DNA from: Alphaproteobacteria bacterium | GTDB lineage: Bacteria; Pseudomonadota; Alphaproteobacteria; Sphingomonadales; Emcibacteraceae | Assembly: GCA_020446675.1 (NCBI GenBank) | Contig: JAGREE010000005.1 | Location: 90,637 to 154,636 of the forward strand | Direction: 5' to 3' | Length of the DNA: 64,000 nt | In this document: piece after piece, positions 19,245 to 27,793 of the stretch | Position numbering within the stretch: position 1 is the first letter of the stretch | Layout of the letters: every line of letters starts with the position of its first letter | Made by a program: the position numbers and the translations under genes | Notes under the pieces: generated by a model | Database searches by the model: none | The model's input: the letters and a program-made list of their open reading frames with translations, nothing else | Told to the model about the DNA's origin: nothing

Positions 19245-20651
19245 ATGAGTGACGTTAAGATACCCGGGTTTACCCAGTCCGCAATTTGTTTTGGCGGCAT
19301 TATAGGCATGATAATCACTGGTCTTATCGTTTTTGCCCTTCCCCTTCATGTTATCATCATGACGGCCATTATCTGGACTTCCGGCCATGCCTATTCACTT
19401 GGGTATCGGTTCCCTGATATTAAGCTGGCGATGAATAAGGGGATAGAACGTGGTTTGGGGGCTATGTATATTTTTATTCTCATCGGCGTTGTGATTGCAG
19501 CTTTCCTTGAAAGCGGCACCATAACCAGTATCGTCTATTATAGTCTTGACCTGATTAATCCGTCAGTCTTTTTGCCGGCAGCCCTGCTTATTTGCAGCTT
19601 TATGTCACTTGCCGTTGGCACGTCATGGGGAACAGTTGGAACGGCAGGTGTAATTTTGATCGGCGTTGGGTTTGCAATGGGTATTCCGCTTCCGATCGTG
19701 GCCGGGGCTGTCGTTTCCGGGGCCACATTTGGTGATAAGCTCTCACCCATTTCGGACACCACCAATTTGGCAGCGGTGGCGGCAGGGACAGATCTATATA
19801 AGCATATAAAATCAATGCTTTATACGACAATTCCCACTTATATTATTTGTCTGGTTATTTATGGCCTAATTGGTTCTACCTATTCCGCCGATACGGTGAC
19901 GCGCGATGAAATTATTGCTTTTCAGTCGGCGATTGATGCTAATTTTGTCGTCAGTATCTGGAGCTTTCTTCCAATCGTTGTATTACTTTTTCTAAGTCTT
20001 CGAAAATCACCAGCAGAAGTCGCGATGGTTTCCAGTGTTGCAACAGCAATATTTCTTGCCATTATTCAGCAGGACAGAAACATTCTGAATATTTTAACCA
20101 GTCTTCAAAGCGGCTACTCAGCGGATACTGGACATGCCGGGCTCAATAAGCTTGTTAACCGCGGTGGTATCATGAGCATGATGGAAACCCTGTCGATGAC
20201 ATTATTTGCTCTTGCTCTTGGTGGTCTGTTGGAAAAAGTTGGTTTTCTAAAAGCGTTGCTGAGTGGTCTTTTGAATAAAATAAAATCAGTTCTTGCCCTG
20301 ATATTTGCCACCATGTGCACGGGTATTCTGGCCTGTACAAGTATGGGGGAAAGCTATATTTCCATCATTGTGACATCACAGCTTTTCAAAGAGAAATATG
20401 CCGAAATGAAGCTTAAGGCCTATATGTTGTCACGAACGGTTGAGGAAAGCACAACAATGTCTTCTCCGCTTATTCCCTGGTCAACGGCTGGTGCCTTTTA
20501 CTATGGGGCCATGCAGGTACCGGTGCTTGACTATCTGCCCTACACTTTCTTGAATGTGCTCAATCCTCTGGTATCCCTTACCATGACTTACTTCGGAATT
20601 GCTGTTTTCAGAACAATTACAGAAAATAAGGCTGCTCAGGCTGCTGAATAG
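19245..20651 (+). CDS. nhaC: Na+/H+ antiporter NhaC family
   Basis: 468-aa polytopic membrane ORF with NhaC-like segments (GTSWGTVGTAGV, GATFGDKLSPISDTTN, PLIPWSTAGAF). Confidence 0.85.
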   Translation: MSDVKIPGFTQSAICFGGIIGMIITGLIVFALPLHVIIMTAIIWTSGHAYSLGYRFPDIKLAMNKGIERGLGAMYIFILIGVVIAAFLESGTITSIVYYSLDLINPSVFLPAALLICSFMSLAVGTSWGTVGTAGVILIGVGFAMGIPLPIVAGAVVSGATFGDKLSPISDTTNLAAVAAGTDLYKHIKSMLYTTIPTYIICLVIYGLIGSTYSADTVTRDEIIAFQSAIDANFVVSIWSFLPIVVLLFLSLRKSPAEVAMVSSVATAIFLAIIQQDRNILNILTSLQSGYSADTGHAGLNKLVNRGGIMSMMETLSMTLFALALGGLLEKVGFLKALLSGLLNKIKSVLALIFATMCTGILACTSMGESYISIIVTSQLFKEKYAEMKLKAYMLSRTVEESTTMSSPLIPWSTAGAFYYGAMQVPVLDYLPYTFLNVLNPLVSLTMTYFGIAVFRTITENKAAQAAE

Positions 20652-21700
20652 TTAAAGAGGCTGGCAAGCTCCGGCCATTTGCCTATACATTGGCTGGTTT
20701 TTTCAAACATATGCGGTAATAGTTTTCCGTCCTGCCATAGGGGCGTGCCGTTTACTTTAATGGAATGTCCGGGAAGGGTGCAGCTGATCTCTCCCGGTGC
20801 ATAATCGCCGCAGGTATGGAAATGAACATAGTTTGGATCATTGAATACCGTATTTGACCAGCGGTCAGGGTTTTCGCTTTCGGGAACAGTATAGGTGCAT
20901 CCGGGATGGATACCCGCATGCCATGAGTGAACGATAGCGGGATCAATGTTAAATCCTGTGGCTACATTCTGATAATGAGCTTTTACCTTTTCCACTTCAT
21001 TTTTCGGGCCGGTAAAATTGATTATGCGACCCTCTTTTATTTCGGCAAATATTGGCTCGTCAATTTTGACAAAGGGTGGTTCATAGACACTTGACCCGGT
21101 TGGGGCAAGATAGCGGTCCATAACAATGCGGCCGGAGAAGTTTTCTGCTTCAATTGGGGCGGGAACGCCAAGCGGAAATCTTAATACGCCAACATCCTTG
21201 TGTTTTGGTTTCTTATTTTTATCTAATGATCCTGAAAAGTCGGTTCCAAGTGGACAGCTAATATCAATATCTTTCGCATGGATCAGAATATCATCGACAG
21301 CATCTTTCAAATCCCTAATAGCCTGATATGGCGTTGTGCCAAATGGGGAAGCGAGCATATCCATATCGCGGATATAACACATTACGCTGCGAGTGCCGGG
21401 TTTGGGACGGGAAAATCGGTCCTGATCACCGATGCGGCTGAAAAAGATGGTGCAGTCATGATTTTCAATCTGGCTATGCAGTTTTGGACATCTGACATTT
21501 TCCGGTCGGCCAACCACTATAGTTGTTGGATTTATACCCATTTTTTCCGCTTCTTCGGAAATAAAGCGGGCGGTTTTACCGTCATACCAGCCAAGGTCAG
21601 ACCGTTCTGAAATGATAAGAAGACTTTCCCCTTTTTTAAGGCCGGCGCAGTTGTTCAGCAGGTTTTTTGCACCAATGATATGATGTTCAGTAATCTGCAT
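20636..21700 (-). CDS. M29 aminopeptidase-like / NicX (2,5-dihydroxypyridine dioxygenase)-like family protein
   Basis: 354 aa. N-terminal layout and C-terminal H-rich segment (HSWHAGIHPG, HFHTCGDY) recalled as M29/NicX-like. Its start shares 1 nt with the upstream regulator stop (TGATG). Confidence 0.55.
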   Translation of the reverse strand: MQITEHHIIGAKNLLNNCAGLKKGESLLIISERSDLGWYDGKTARFISEEAEKMGINPTTIVVGRPENVRCPKLHSQIENHDCTIFFSRIGDQDRFSRPKPGTRSVMCYIRDMDMLASPFGTTPYQAIRDLKDAVDDILIHAKDIDISCPLGTDFSGSLDKNKKPKHKDVGVLRFPLGVPAPIEAENFSGRIVMDRYLAPTGSSVYEPPFVKIDEPIFAEIKEGRIINFTGPKNEVEKVKAHYQNVATGFNIDPAIVHSWHAGIHPGCTYTVPESENPDRWSNTVFNDPNYVHFHTCGDYAPGEISCTLPGHSIKVNGTPLWQDGKLLPHMFEKTSQCIGKWPELASLFNYSAA

Positions 21701-22275
21701 CAGCGTCTTTCCGCCTTGATTGTCAAAAATGTGAATTTTGGGCTTAGGACGTCTGCTATGCCATGGCTTAATTCACTGTCCAGTGTCAGGCTGTCGCCTT
21801 TTTTTAAATGAATTTGCCGCTGACCATAATTAAACAGAGCCTCTCCCTCTTTCACATGCATAAAAACGACACCATGACCGATATAGGTCGGGGCTTTGGC
21901 TTCCTGCTTTTCCATGGTGACAATATGGGCTTCAAAGCTTAAATCACGACGGATATGGGACGCGAGGTTAATATAATCATGGCTGTGTTTATCAATAATC
22001 CTTGTAGAATGGATGCCCTGTCCTTTCCTTACATGGGTATAGTCCACATGATCGGTCGCCGTGTCCCTGAAAAAACTGACCATTGGCACATCCAGTGCTT
22101 CACTGAGGGCGCTTAGGGTCGATATGGAAGGGGAAACCTGACCATTTTCAATGCGGCTGATCATGGCGGCGGATACGCCCGCGGCTTCAGCAAGTGCACG
22201 GGCATTAAACCCGCGGCTTTCACGCATATCTTTTAAGCAGGCGCCAATAGCTACGTCAATTTTACTATCCGTCAT
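21700..22275 (-). CDS. XRE-family HTH regulator with C-terminal cupin domain
   Basis: HTH (ARALAEAAGVSAAMISRIENGQVSPSISTLSALSEAL) followed by a cupin-like beta region. The ATG at 22275 (GGAAGAAAC upstream) is preferred over 22305. Confidence 0.85.
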   Translation of the reverse strand: MTDSKIDVAIGACLKDMRESRGFNARALAEAAGVSAAMISRIENGQVSPSISTLSALSEALDVPMVSFFRDTATDHVDYTHVRKGQGIHSTRIIDKHSHDYINLASHIRRDLSFEAHIVTMEKQEAKAPTYIGHGVVFMHVKEGEALFNYGQRQIHLKKGDSLTLDSELSHGIADVLSPKFTFLTIKAERR

Positions 22276-23260
22276 GTTTCTTCCTGTATGCAAAGGCCCG
22301 ATCAAATCGCCAGGTCAGATATTCGCCACAACTGATGGCTGGCTCATTTGCATTGCCAAAAATTTCGGCGGCATCAATGATCGTTTCCGGGTTGGGGTCA
22401 AAGGCCAGCACCAGTGACAGCCTTTCCCGGCCTGAGCGGTTAATGACCCGATGGGGTGTTGATTTATATTGCCCATTTGTCCAGCGATGGAGCAGGTCAC
22501 CGACATTGACGATGAGTGTGCCATCAATGGGGGGAGCCTCAATCCAGTCGCCTTTGATATTTTGCACTTCCAGTCCGCCAACATCGTCCTGACAAAGCAC
22601 AGTCAACACACCAAAATCAGTATGTGGTCCAACACCGAACTGATCATTCCCCATTTCCCTTGGTTGATCAGGATAATAAACAAATGATCCTCTGCTTAAT
22701 GGTAAATCTGATGTTTTTAAGAAAAATTCTTTATCCAGACCAAGTCCAAGAGCAAATCCCTGCATTAACTGATGGGCAACCATATGGGCCTGTGAAAAGT
22801 AATCCATCGCAGAATTTCTTAATTCCGGCAAAAAATCAGGCCACTGGTTTCTGCCGCGTAAGGGGTGATCTTCCGGAGTTATTCCATTTTCATCCTCGTA
22901 CCCCCAAAGGAAACTTTCCTTAAAATCAGGTTTCAGCTTATCATCCATTTTTGCGCCGCCGCTATTGATCCACCCGCGGTGCTTGTCGCTTATTTTTATG
23001 GTTGATTTTAATGTCTCATCGCTATGGAAAAATGAATATGCTGTCTCGCGCGCCTTAAATATACTATTATCCGGAATGCCGTGATTTTTGATATAGATGA
23101 ATCCGTAATCGCGACTGGCCGCATGTAAGGCTGCTGCCACACTTTGGGGATCAGTACCATCCCTAAGTGGTTTAATATCAATAACCGGAATTGCTGCCCC
23201 TTCAACTGATTTTTTGTTGGCGAACAATGAAAAACTCCCCTTAAAATGAATGAGACTCAT
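22265..23260 (-). CDS. 2-oxoglutarate/Fe(II)-dependent oxygenase (isopenicillin N synthase-like family)
   Basis: N-terminal IPVIDI plus DYGFIYIKNHGI. H-x-D in GVGPHTDFGVLT and distal H in YKSTPHRV. Confidence 0.85.
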   Translation of the reverse strand: MSLIHFKGSFSLFANKKSVEGAAIPVIDIKPLRDGTDPQSVAAALHAASRDYGFIYIKNHGIPDNSIFKARETAYSFFHSDETLKSTIKISDKHRGWINSGGAKMDDKLKPDFKESFLWGYEDENGITPEDHPLRGRNQWPDFLPELRNSAMDYFSQAHMVAHQLMQGFALGLGLDKEFFLKTSDLPLSRGSFVYYPDQPREMGNDQFGVGPHTDFGVLTVLCQDDVGGLEVQNIKGDWIEAPPIDGTLIVNVGDLLHRWTNGQYKSTPHRVINRSGRERLSLVLAFDPNPETIIDAAEIFGNANEPAISCGEYLTWRFDRAFAYRKKHDG

Positions 23261-23316
23261 ATAGGGGAGTTATAAAATAAAATTTACTCAGAAACAATAT
23301 ATTAATTTATATGCAA

Positions 23317-23994
23317 TTATATATCTTCAAAGAAGGTCGGGTTTCTGCCACCAATGACAATATCAAATTTATAGCCGCAGTTAAAATCCTCATCCGGTGT
23401 TTCAAATTCTATACCGATATTCTTATCAAAATTATCTCCCATCAGTATTCGCATCGGGTCACTGTCATTATGCGGATCGCCCTTGAAATACATCTGGGTT
23501 ATCAGGCGCGATGACCCGCCACGGATCGACATGTGAATATGTTTTGGTCGCCAGCGGTTGATATCAGGCCGGGCAAGGTAGGCACCTGGCCGGATTGTCC
23601 AGAATTCATAATGGCCATTCTGATCGGTAAGGGTTCGTCCGATCCCAAGAAAATTTGGATCCAATGCCAGTCCTGAATGATCCTCAATATGGGTATAGCG
23701 ACCATATTTATTGGCATTCCATATTTCTATCAGCGAATTTTTGATGGGCCGTCCGAATTCATCAGTAATTTTTCCGATCACTTTTATGGGATCTCCTTCT
23801 GCCCTTGGCCGTCCGGGGGCGAGGCGGGTCATGTCGGCTTCACCCGGATTAATTCCGTAATTATATGGCGCATAAGGCGCGAATGAGGCCCGGGCTTCCT
23901 CAGGAATTATGTGAAGGCGGTTTCTTGGGGTTCTTTCGTTTGATGTGTTATCGGTCGGGCCGATTTCAATTTGTCTTCCGTATCTGGTCATCAT
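23317..23994 (-). CDS. pcaH: Intradiol dioxygenase, protocatechuate 3,4-dioxygenase beta-subunit-like
   Basis: IEIWNANKYGRY, TIRPGAY and WRPKHIHMSI retain the Tyr/Tyr/His/His iron-ligand contexts of PcaH. Confidence 0.8.
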   Translation of the reverse strand: MMTRYGRQIEIGPTDNTSNERTPRNRLHIIPEEARASFAPYAPYNYGINPGEADMTRLAPGRPRAEGDPIKVIGKITDEFGRPIKNSLIEIWNANKYGRYTHIEDHSGLALDPNFLGIGRTLTDQNGHYEFWTIRPGAYLARPDINRWRPKHIHMSIRGGSSRLITQMYFKGDPHNDSDPMRILMGDNFDKNIGIEFETPDEDFNCGYKFDIVIGGRNPTFFEDI

Positions 23995-24000
23995 TATTTC

Positions 24001-24621
24001 CTAACTTAACAGATCATCAAAAAACGGGGTTTCATTGTCACCCGCCATGATAATGTCAATTTTATATATTTTTAAGCCGTTGTCTGTTTCGCCAGCCGGC
24101 TTCATCAGCAGACGCTCCCTTAGATTTTTATCAATAGAGAGCAGAAGCGGGTCATTTTCATTGGCAGGGTCACCGTCAAAAAACAGTTGGGTAACCACCC
24201 GCATAATGCCATCTGAAAATATGGTCAGCGTTATATTTGGGGCTCTTGGATGGTCAAGATCGGTGTTAACCCCCGGACGAATGGTTTTTAGGCTGAAATT
24301 TCCATCTTTTGTGCGGTGGCGGGCATAACCGTTAAACCACGGATCAAGTTTAGGGTGGGTTTCTGTGAGTGGTGTGCGGTATACGCCATCAGCGTTGGCC
24401 TGCCAGAACTCAAGCAGACAGCCATTGGCAAGATTACCATTTATATCCTTAATGCACCCTTCAATGACAATTTTTTCACCGCGTGGTTCAAGAATGATAC
24501 CACGGCGGATTTCAGTCATATCCATACTGTCATTATCGCATAGTGATATCGGGTAATAGGGTCCCAGAGTATCTTCATTGGTTGGTGTAAGGCGGTTGAT
24601 TTTTGCGTTGGAATGTGTCAT
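24001..24621 (-). CDS. pcaG: Intradiol dioxygenase, protocatechuate 3,4-dioxygenase alpha-subunit-like
   Basis: LGPYYP, LEFWQANADGVY, TIRPG and ETPFFD resemble PcaG. The HxH ligand pair is absent (APNITLTIF), as in alpha subunits. Confidence 0.75.
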   Translation of the reverse strand: MTHSNAKINRLTPTNEDTLGPYYPISLCDNDSMDMTEIRRGIILEPRGEKIVIEGCIKDINGNLANGCLLEFWQANADGVYRTPLTETHPKLDPWFNGYARHRTKDGNFSLKTIRPGVNTDLDHPRAPNITLTIFSDGIMRVVTQLFFDGDPANENDPLLLSIDKNLRERLLMKPAGETDNGLKIYKIDIIMAGDNETPFFDDLLS

Positions 24622-24632
24622 CCCTTATCCTT

Positions 24633-24660
24633 AAGTTTTGTATATAAAACAAATGTTCAT
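24633..24660. promoter_or_regulatory. Operator-like composite palindrome (GTTTT-N6-AAAAC overlapping AACA-N2-TGTT), copy 1
   Basis: AAGTTTTGTATATAAAACAAATGTTCAT sits in the 54-nt divergent region between the pcaG-like and iclR starts. A near-identical site lies at 27717-27744. Confidence 0.5.
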
Positions 24661-24675
24661 AATTTTAGGTAATTT

Positions 24676-25467
24676 ATGTCAGAAATTCTAAATAAGAATC
24701 ATGACCGGTATTTTGTTCCGGGACTGGCGCGAGGGCTTCGCGTACTTGAGATAATCGCGCAGGCTGATCAGCCACTTACCATTGCTGAGATCGGTAAAAA
24801 ACTTGGAATTTCCCGGTCTTCTGCTTTCCGGATTACCTATACACTTTCTTATCTCGGTTATCTTTCCTCTGATAAGGGGGATAAACTTTATGAACTGGGG
24901 CCACGGGTTCTTGATCTTGGATTTTCGTATCTGAACCGGCAGGACATTATAAAAATTGCCAAGCCTTTTCTTGAAAAATTGCGTGATCAGACAGATGTTT
25001 CCAGTCATCTTGCTATCCGTGATGGTAAAGAGGTTCTTTATCTTGATAATATTATATCCAGATCGTCTTTCGTAAGCAACATTACAACCGGAGACAGACG
25101 GCCAATTTATGCCACACCGCTTGGCTGGATTTTGCTGGGAGACATGTCGGATGTGGCGATCCGGAAACTTTTTGAGGGAAACCAGTTTAAAATATTGACC
25201 CCGCACACCCCGAAAAATATTGACGAACTGATAAAAAGAGTTCGCGCCGCGCGTGAACAGGGATATGTTGTCTCCCGCGGTTTTGTCCAGCGTGGCGGAT
25301 CGACCATTACTGCACCCATCCTTAATGCAATAGGAAAGGTGGTTGCCGTTATTGATATTTCGGCCCCGGACAGTGCTTTTTCCTTTGATAAAATGGACAG
25401 TTTCTATGTTCCGGCCGTAGTTGATACCGCGCGTGAGATTTCCAAAAATCTTGGACATAGAGGATGA
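24676..25467 (+). CDS. IclR-family transcriptional regulator
   Basis: N-terminal wHTH (LRVLEIIAQADQPLTIAEIGKKLGISRSSAFRITYTL) and a C-terminal IclR effector domain. It is divergent from the dioxygenase genes. Confidence 0.88.
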   Translation: MSEILNKNHDRYFVPGLARGLRVLEIIAQADQPLTIAEIGKKLGISRSSAFRITYTLSYLGYLSSDKGDKLYELGPRVLDLGFSYLNRQDIIKIAKPFLEKLRDQTDVSSHLAIRDGKEVLYLDNIISRSSFVSNITTGDRRPIYATPLGWILLGDMSDVAIRKLFEGNQFKILTPHTPKNIDELIKRVRAAREQGYVVSRGFVQRGGSTITAPILNAIGKVVAVIDISAPDSAFSFDKMDSFYVPAVVDTAREISKNLGHRG

Positions 25468-25487
25468 CATTAATTTCTCCGGTTTTA

Positions 25488-26360
25488 CTAATTTAGTCCG
25501 AGTATTTTCCTTGCTTCGTCGGTTGTGGCAATTTCACCACCCAGATCATGAATGATGCGTACCGCTTTTTCAACAAGCTGTGCATTTCCTTCGCAAAGCT
25601 CGCCTTTTTTAATATAAAGATTGTCTTCCATACCGACACGCACATGACCCCCTGCTACGAATGACTGGGCCAGCATCGGATATTCCATTCTGCCTATGCC
25701 AAAAGCGGCCCATACGGCATTTTCAGGAAGTTGCGATTTTAAATAAAGCAGGGATTCTGAATTGGCGGCGATGCCAAAGCGTACCCCCATGACCATTTGC
25801 ACCATTACCGGCGATTTGATGACCCCTTCGGCAATAAAATGATTGAGCAGATGCATATCACTGCTGTTAAATATTTCGATTTCAGGCTTAACGCCAGCAG
25901 CATAAATGCGCTCTGCCATAATTTTAAGGTTCTCAGGCGTATTGATTACGGCTGCCTGTCCTGACCACATGGTGTTCAGGTCAAGTGTGCATATTTCCGG
26001 TTTCAGTTTTTCAATATGGGCAACTCTTAGCTCCGGACGGCAAAGTGTTGAATTTTCCGCCGCAATTTTTGGGTTGTCCTTGGATGGAACAAAGCGGCCG
26101 CCTTCACCAGTTGTCAGGTTAAGAATGACATCAGTGTTTTTTTCGCGAATGCGGCTGACCATTTCATCGTAAAACGCAAATTCCATTGACCCTTTGCCGG
26201 TTTTAGGGTCCCGAACATGAAGATGAACGATCGCTGCGCCTGCGGCGGCGGCTTCAAGGGCCGCCTCGGCAATTTCTTTTGGTGTAACGGGAAGTTTTGG
26301 ATGCATATCCCGGCTGGTAAGATTTCCGGTCACAGCACAGGTGAGAATGGTTTTTGTCAT
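25488..26360 (-). CDS. Beta-keto acid cleavage enzyme (BKACE/DUF849; 3-keto-5-aminohexanoate cleavage enzyme family)
   Basis: 290 aa with family-typical ILTCAVTGN, AAIVHLHVRDP and GGHVRVGMEDNLY. Confidence 0.85.
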   Translation of the reverse strand: MTKTILTCAVTGNLTSRDMHPKLPVTPKEIAEAALEAAAAGAAIVHLHVRDPKTGKGSMEFAFYDEMVSRIREKNTDVILNLTTGEGGRFVPSKDNPKIAAENSTLCRPELRVAHIEKLKPEICTLDLNTMWSGQAAVINTPENLKIMAERIYAAGVKPEIEIFNSSDMHLLNHFIAEGVIKSPVMVQMVMGVRFGIAANSESLLYLKSQLPENAVWAAFGIGRMEYPMLAQSFVAGGHVRVGMEDNLYIKKGELCEGNAQLVEKAVRIIHDLGGEIATTDEARKILGLN

Positions 26361-27697
26361 GATGTCACCTTATCAAGCTGATTTTGAAGACATTTTTTTG
26401 TTGTGGCCAAAATTATATGAAGCTCTTCATCTGTAACCGTATAGGGGGGAGCAAGCAGGATATGATCCCCCGCTTTGCCGTCTACACAGCCCTGGGACGG
26501 ATAGCTTAGCATGCCATTTTCCAAAATATCAGTTTTAATTTTTCCGGCCAGATTAAGCTCTGCCGGGAAGGGTTCTTTGGTTTTTTTATCTTTGACAATT
26601 TCAAGTCCCCAGAAAAGCCCGCGACCACGAATATCGCCAATATTTGGATGATTTTCAAATTCGGCCCTTAGCATGGATTCCAGTTTTTCGCCCTTTATGC
26701 GTACGGCACCAAGCAGCTGATCTTCCTCAATTACTTTTAAGACGGCAAGGGCCCCGGCGCAGGCAATCGCGTGGCTCATATATGTATGACCGTTCCATAA
26801 ATTGCCGCTGCCTTCCAGAATAGCCTTAATAATTTTTTCATTGGCCATAACGGCGGCTATCGGCTGATATCCGGCGCCAAGCCCTTTAGCGATCGTAATA
26901 ATATCGGGGCAGGCACCTTCGGCTTCCATAGCGAATAAATAACCGGTTCGGCCCATTCCGCACATCACTTCATCAGCGATGAAGAGAACCCCATATTTGT
27001 CACATATTTCGCGGATCCGTTTAAAGTACCCGGGAACGGCCGGTTCCGCGCCAAGAGACGCACCGGAAACTGGTTCGGCAACAAAGGCGGCAACCGTTTC
27101 AGGACCCTGATTTAAGATTTCCTCTTCCAGTGTGTTTGCCATGCGCAGGCCAAATTCAATGTCTGTTTCATGGTCATGCTTGTATCGATACGCATAACAG
27201 GGTGGAATATGGGCAACATCAATCAAGAGCGGGTCAAAGGGCTTTTGCCGTTGTTTATGACCGCCGGTGGCAAGGGCGCCAAGCGTATTGCCGTGATATG
27301 ATTTATCACGGGCAATGATTTTGCTTCGCTTTTCATCACCACGTTCAAGATGGTATTGTCTGGCAAGTTTTAAGGCCGCTTCCATTGCTTCAGAACCGGA
27401 ACCAAGAAACATAACCCGGCCATTGCCAAACCCTTCCGGTGCATGTTCAATTAAATAGGTGGCAAGTGCTTCTGCAGGCTCATTTGAAAAGACTCCGGTA
27501 TGGGCAAAGGAGACTTTATCAAGTTGAGTCTTTATCGCCTCAATAACACGGCTGTTTGTGTGCCCAAGACAGGAGACAGCCGCTCCACCACTGGCGTCGA
27601 GGTATCTTTTTCCTTTTTCATCAATAAGATAATTACCATCAGCGCTTTTGACTATAGGAACGGATATACTTATATTTCTATGTAGAACATGTGACAT
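26357..27697 (-). CDS. Class III (omega-type) PLP-dependent aminotransferase
   Basis: GSGSEAMEAALKLAR, FIADEVMCGMGRTG and DIITIAKGLGAGYQP (PLP lysine context). ATGA overlap with the BKACE gene. Confidence 0.88.
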   Translation of the reverse strand: MSHVLHRNISISVPIVKSADGNYLIDEKGKRYLDASGGAAVSCLGHTNSRVIEAIKTQLDKVSFAHTGVFSNEPAEALATYLIEHAPEGFGNGRVMFLGSGSEAMEAALKLARQYHLERGDEKRSKIIARDKSYHGNTLGALATGGHKQRQKPFDPLLIDVAHIPPCYAYRYKHDHETDIEFGLRMANTLEEEILNQGPETVAAFVAEPVSGASLGAEPAVPGYFKRIREICDKYGVLFIADEVMCGMGRTGYLFAMEAEGACPDIITIAKGLGAGYQPIAAVMANEKIIKAILEGSGNLWNGHTYMSHAIACAGALAVLKVIEEDQLLGAVRIKGEKLESMLRAEFENHPNIGDIRGRGLFWGLEIVKDKKTKEPFPAELNLAGKIKTDILENGMLSYPSQGCVDGKAGDHILLAPPYTVTDEELHIILATTKKCLQNQLDKVTS

Positions 27698-27716
27698 TTC
27701 TGTGGTCCAAAGTAAA

Positions 27717-27744
27717 AAGTTTTATATGCAAAACATGTGTTTAA
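27717..27744. promoter_or_regulatory. Operator-like composite palindrome, copy 2
   Basis: AAGTTTTATATGCAAAACATGTGTTTAA sits in the divergent region between the aminotransferase and CoA-transferase genes. It matches 20 of the first 27 positions of the 24633 site, including both palindrome arms. Confidence 0.5.
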
Positions 27745-27793
27745 TTATAAAACATATATTGAAATAAAAAACAATAGCGAATATAAGTTAATC

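Noticed and set aside
23261-23316. Possible third copy of the operator motif (TTATATGCAA shared with the 27717 site) between the pcaH-like stop and the 2OG oxygenase start
   Set aside because: Only a 10-nt AT-rich match is present, without the GTTTT/AAAAC arms. That is too weak to distinguish from chance.
24688-25470. 260-aa minus-strand ORF exactly antisense to the IclR regulator gene
   Set aside because: The plus-strand product has a clear IclR wHTH and effector domain. The antisense ORF has no motifs and is the kind of long shadow ORF expected in this composition.
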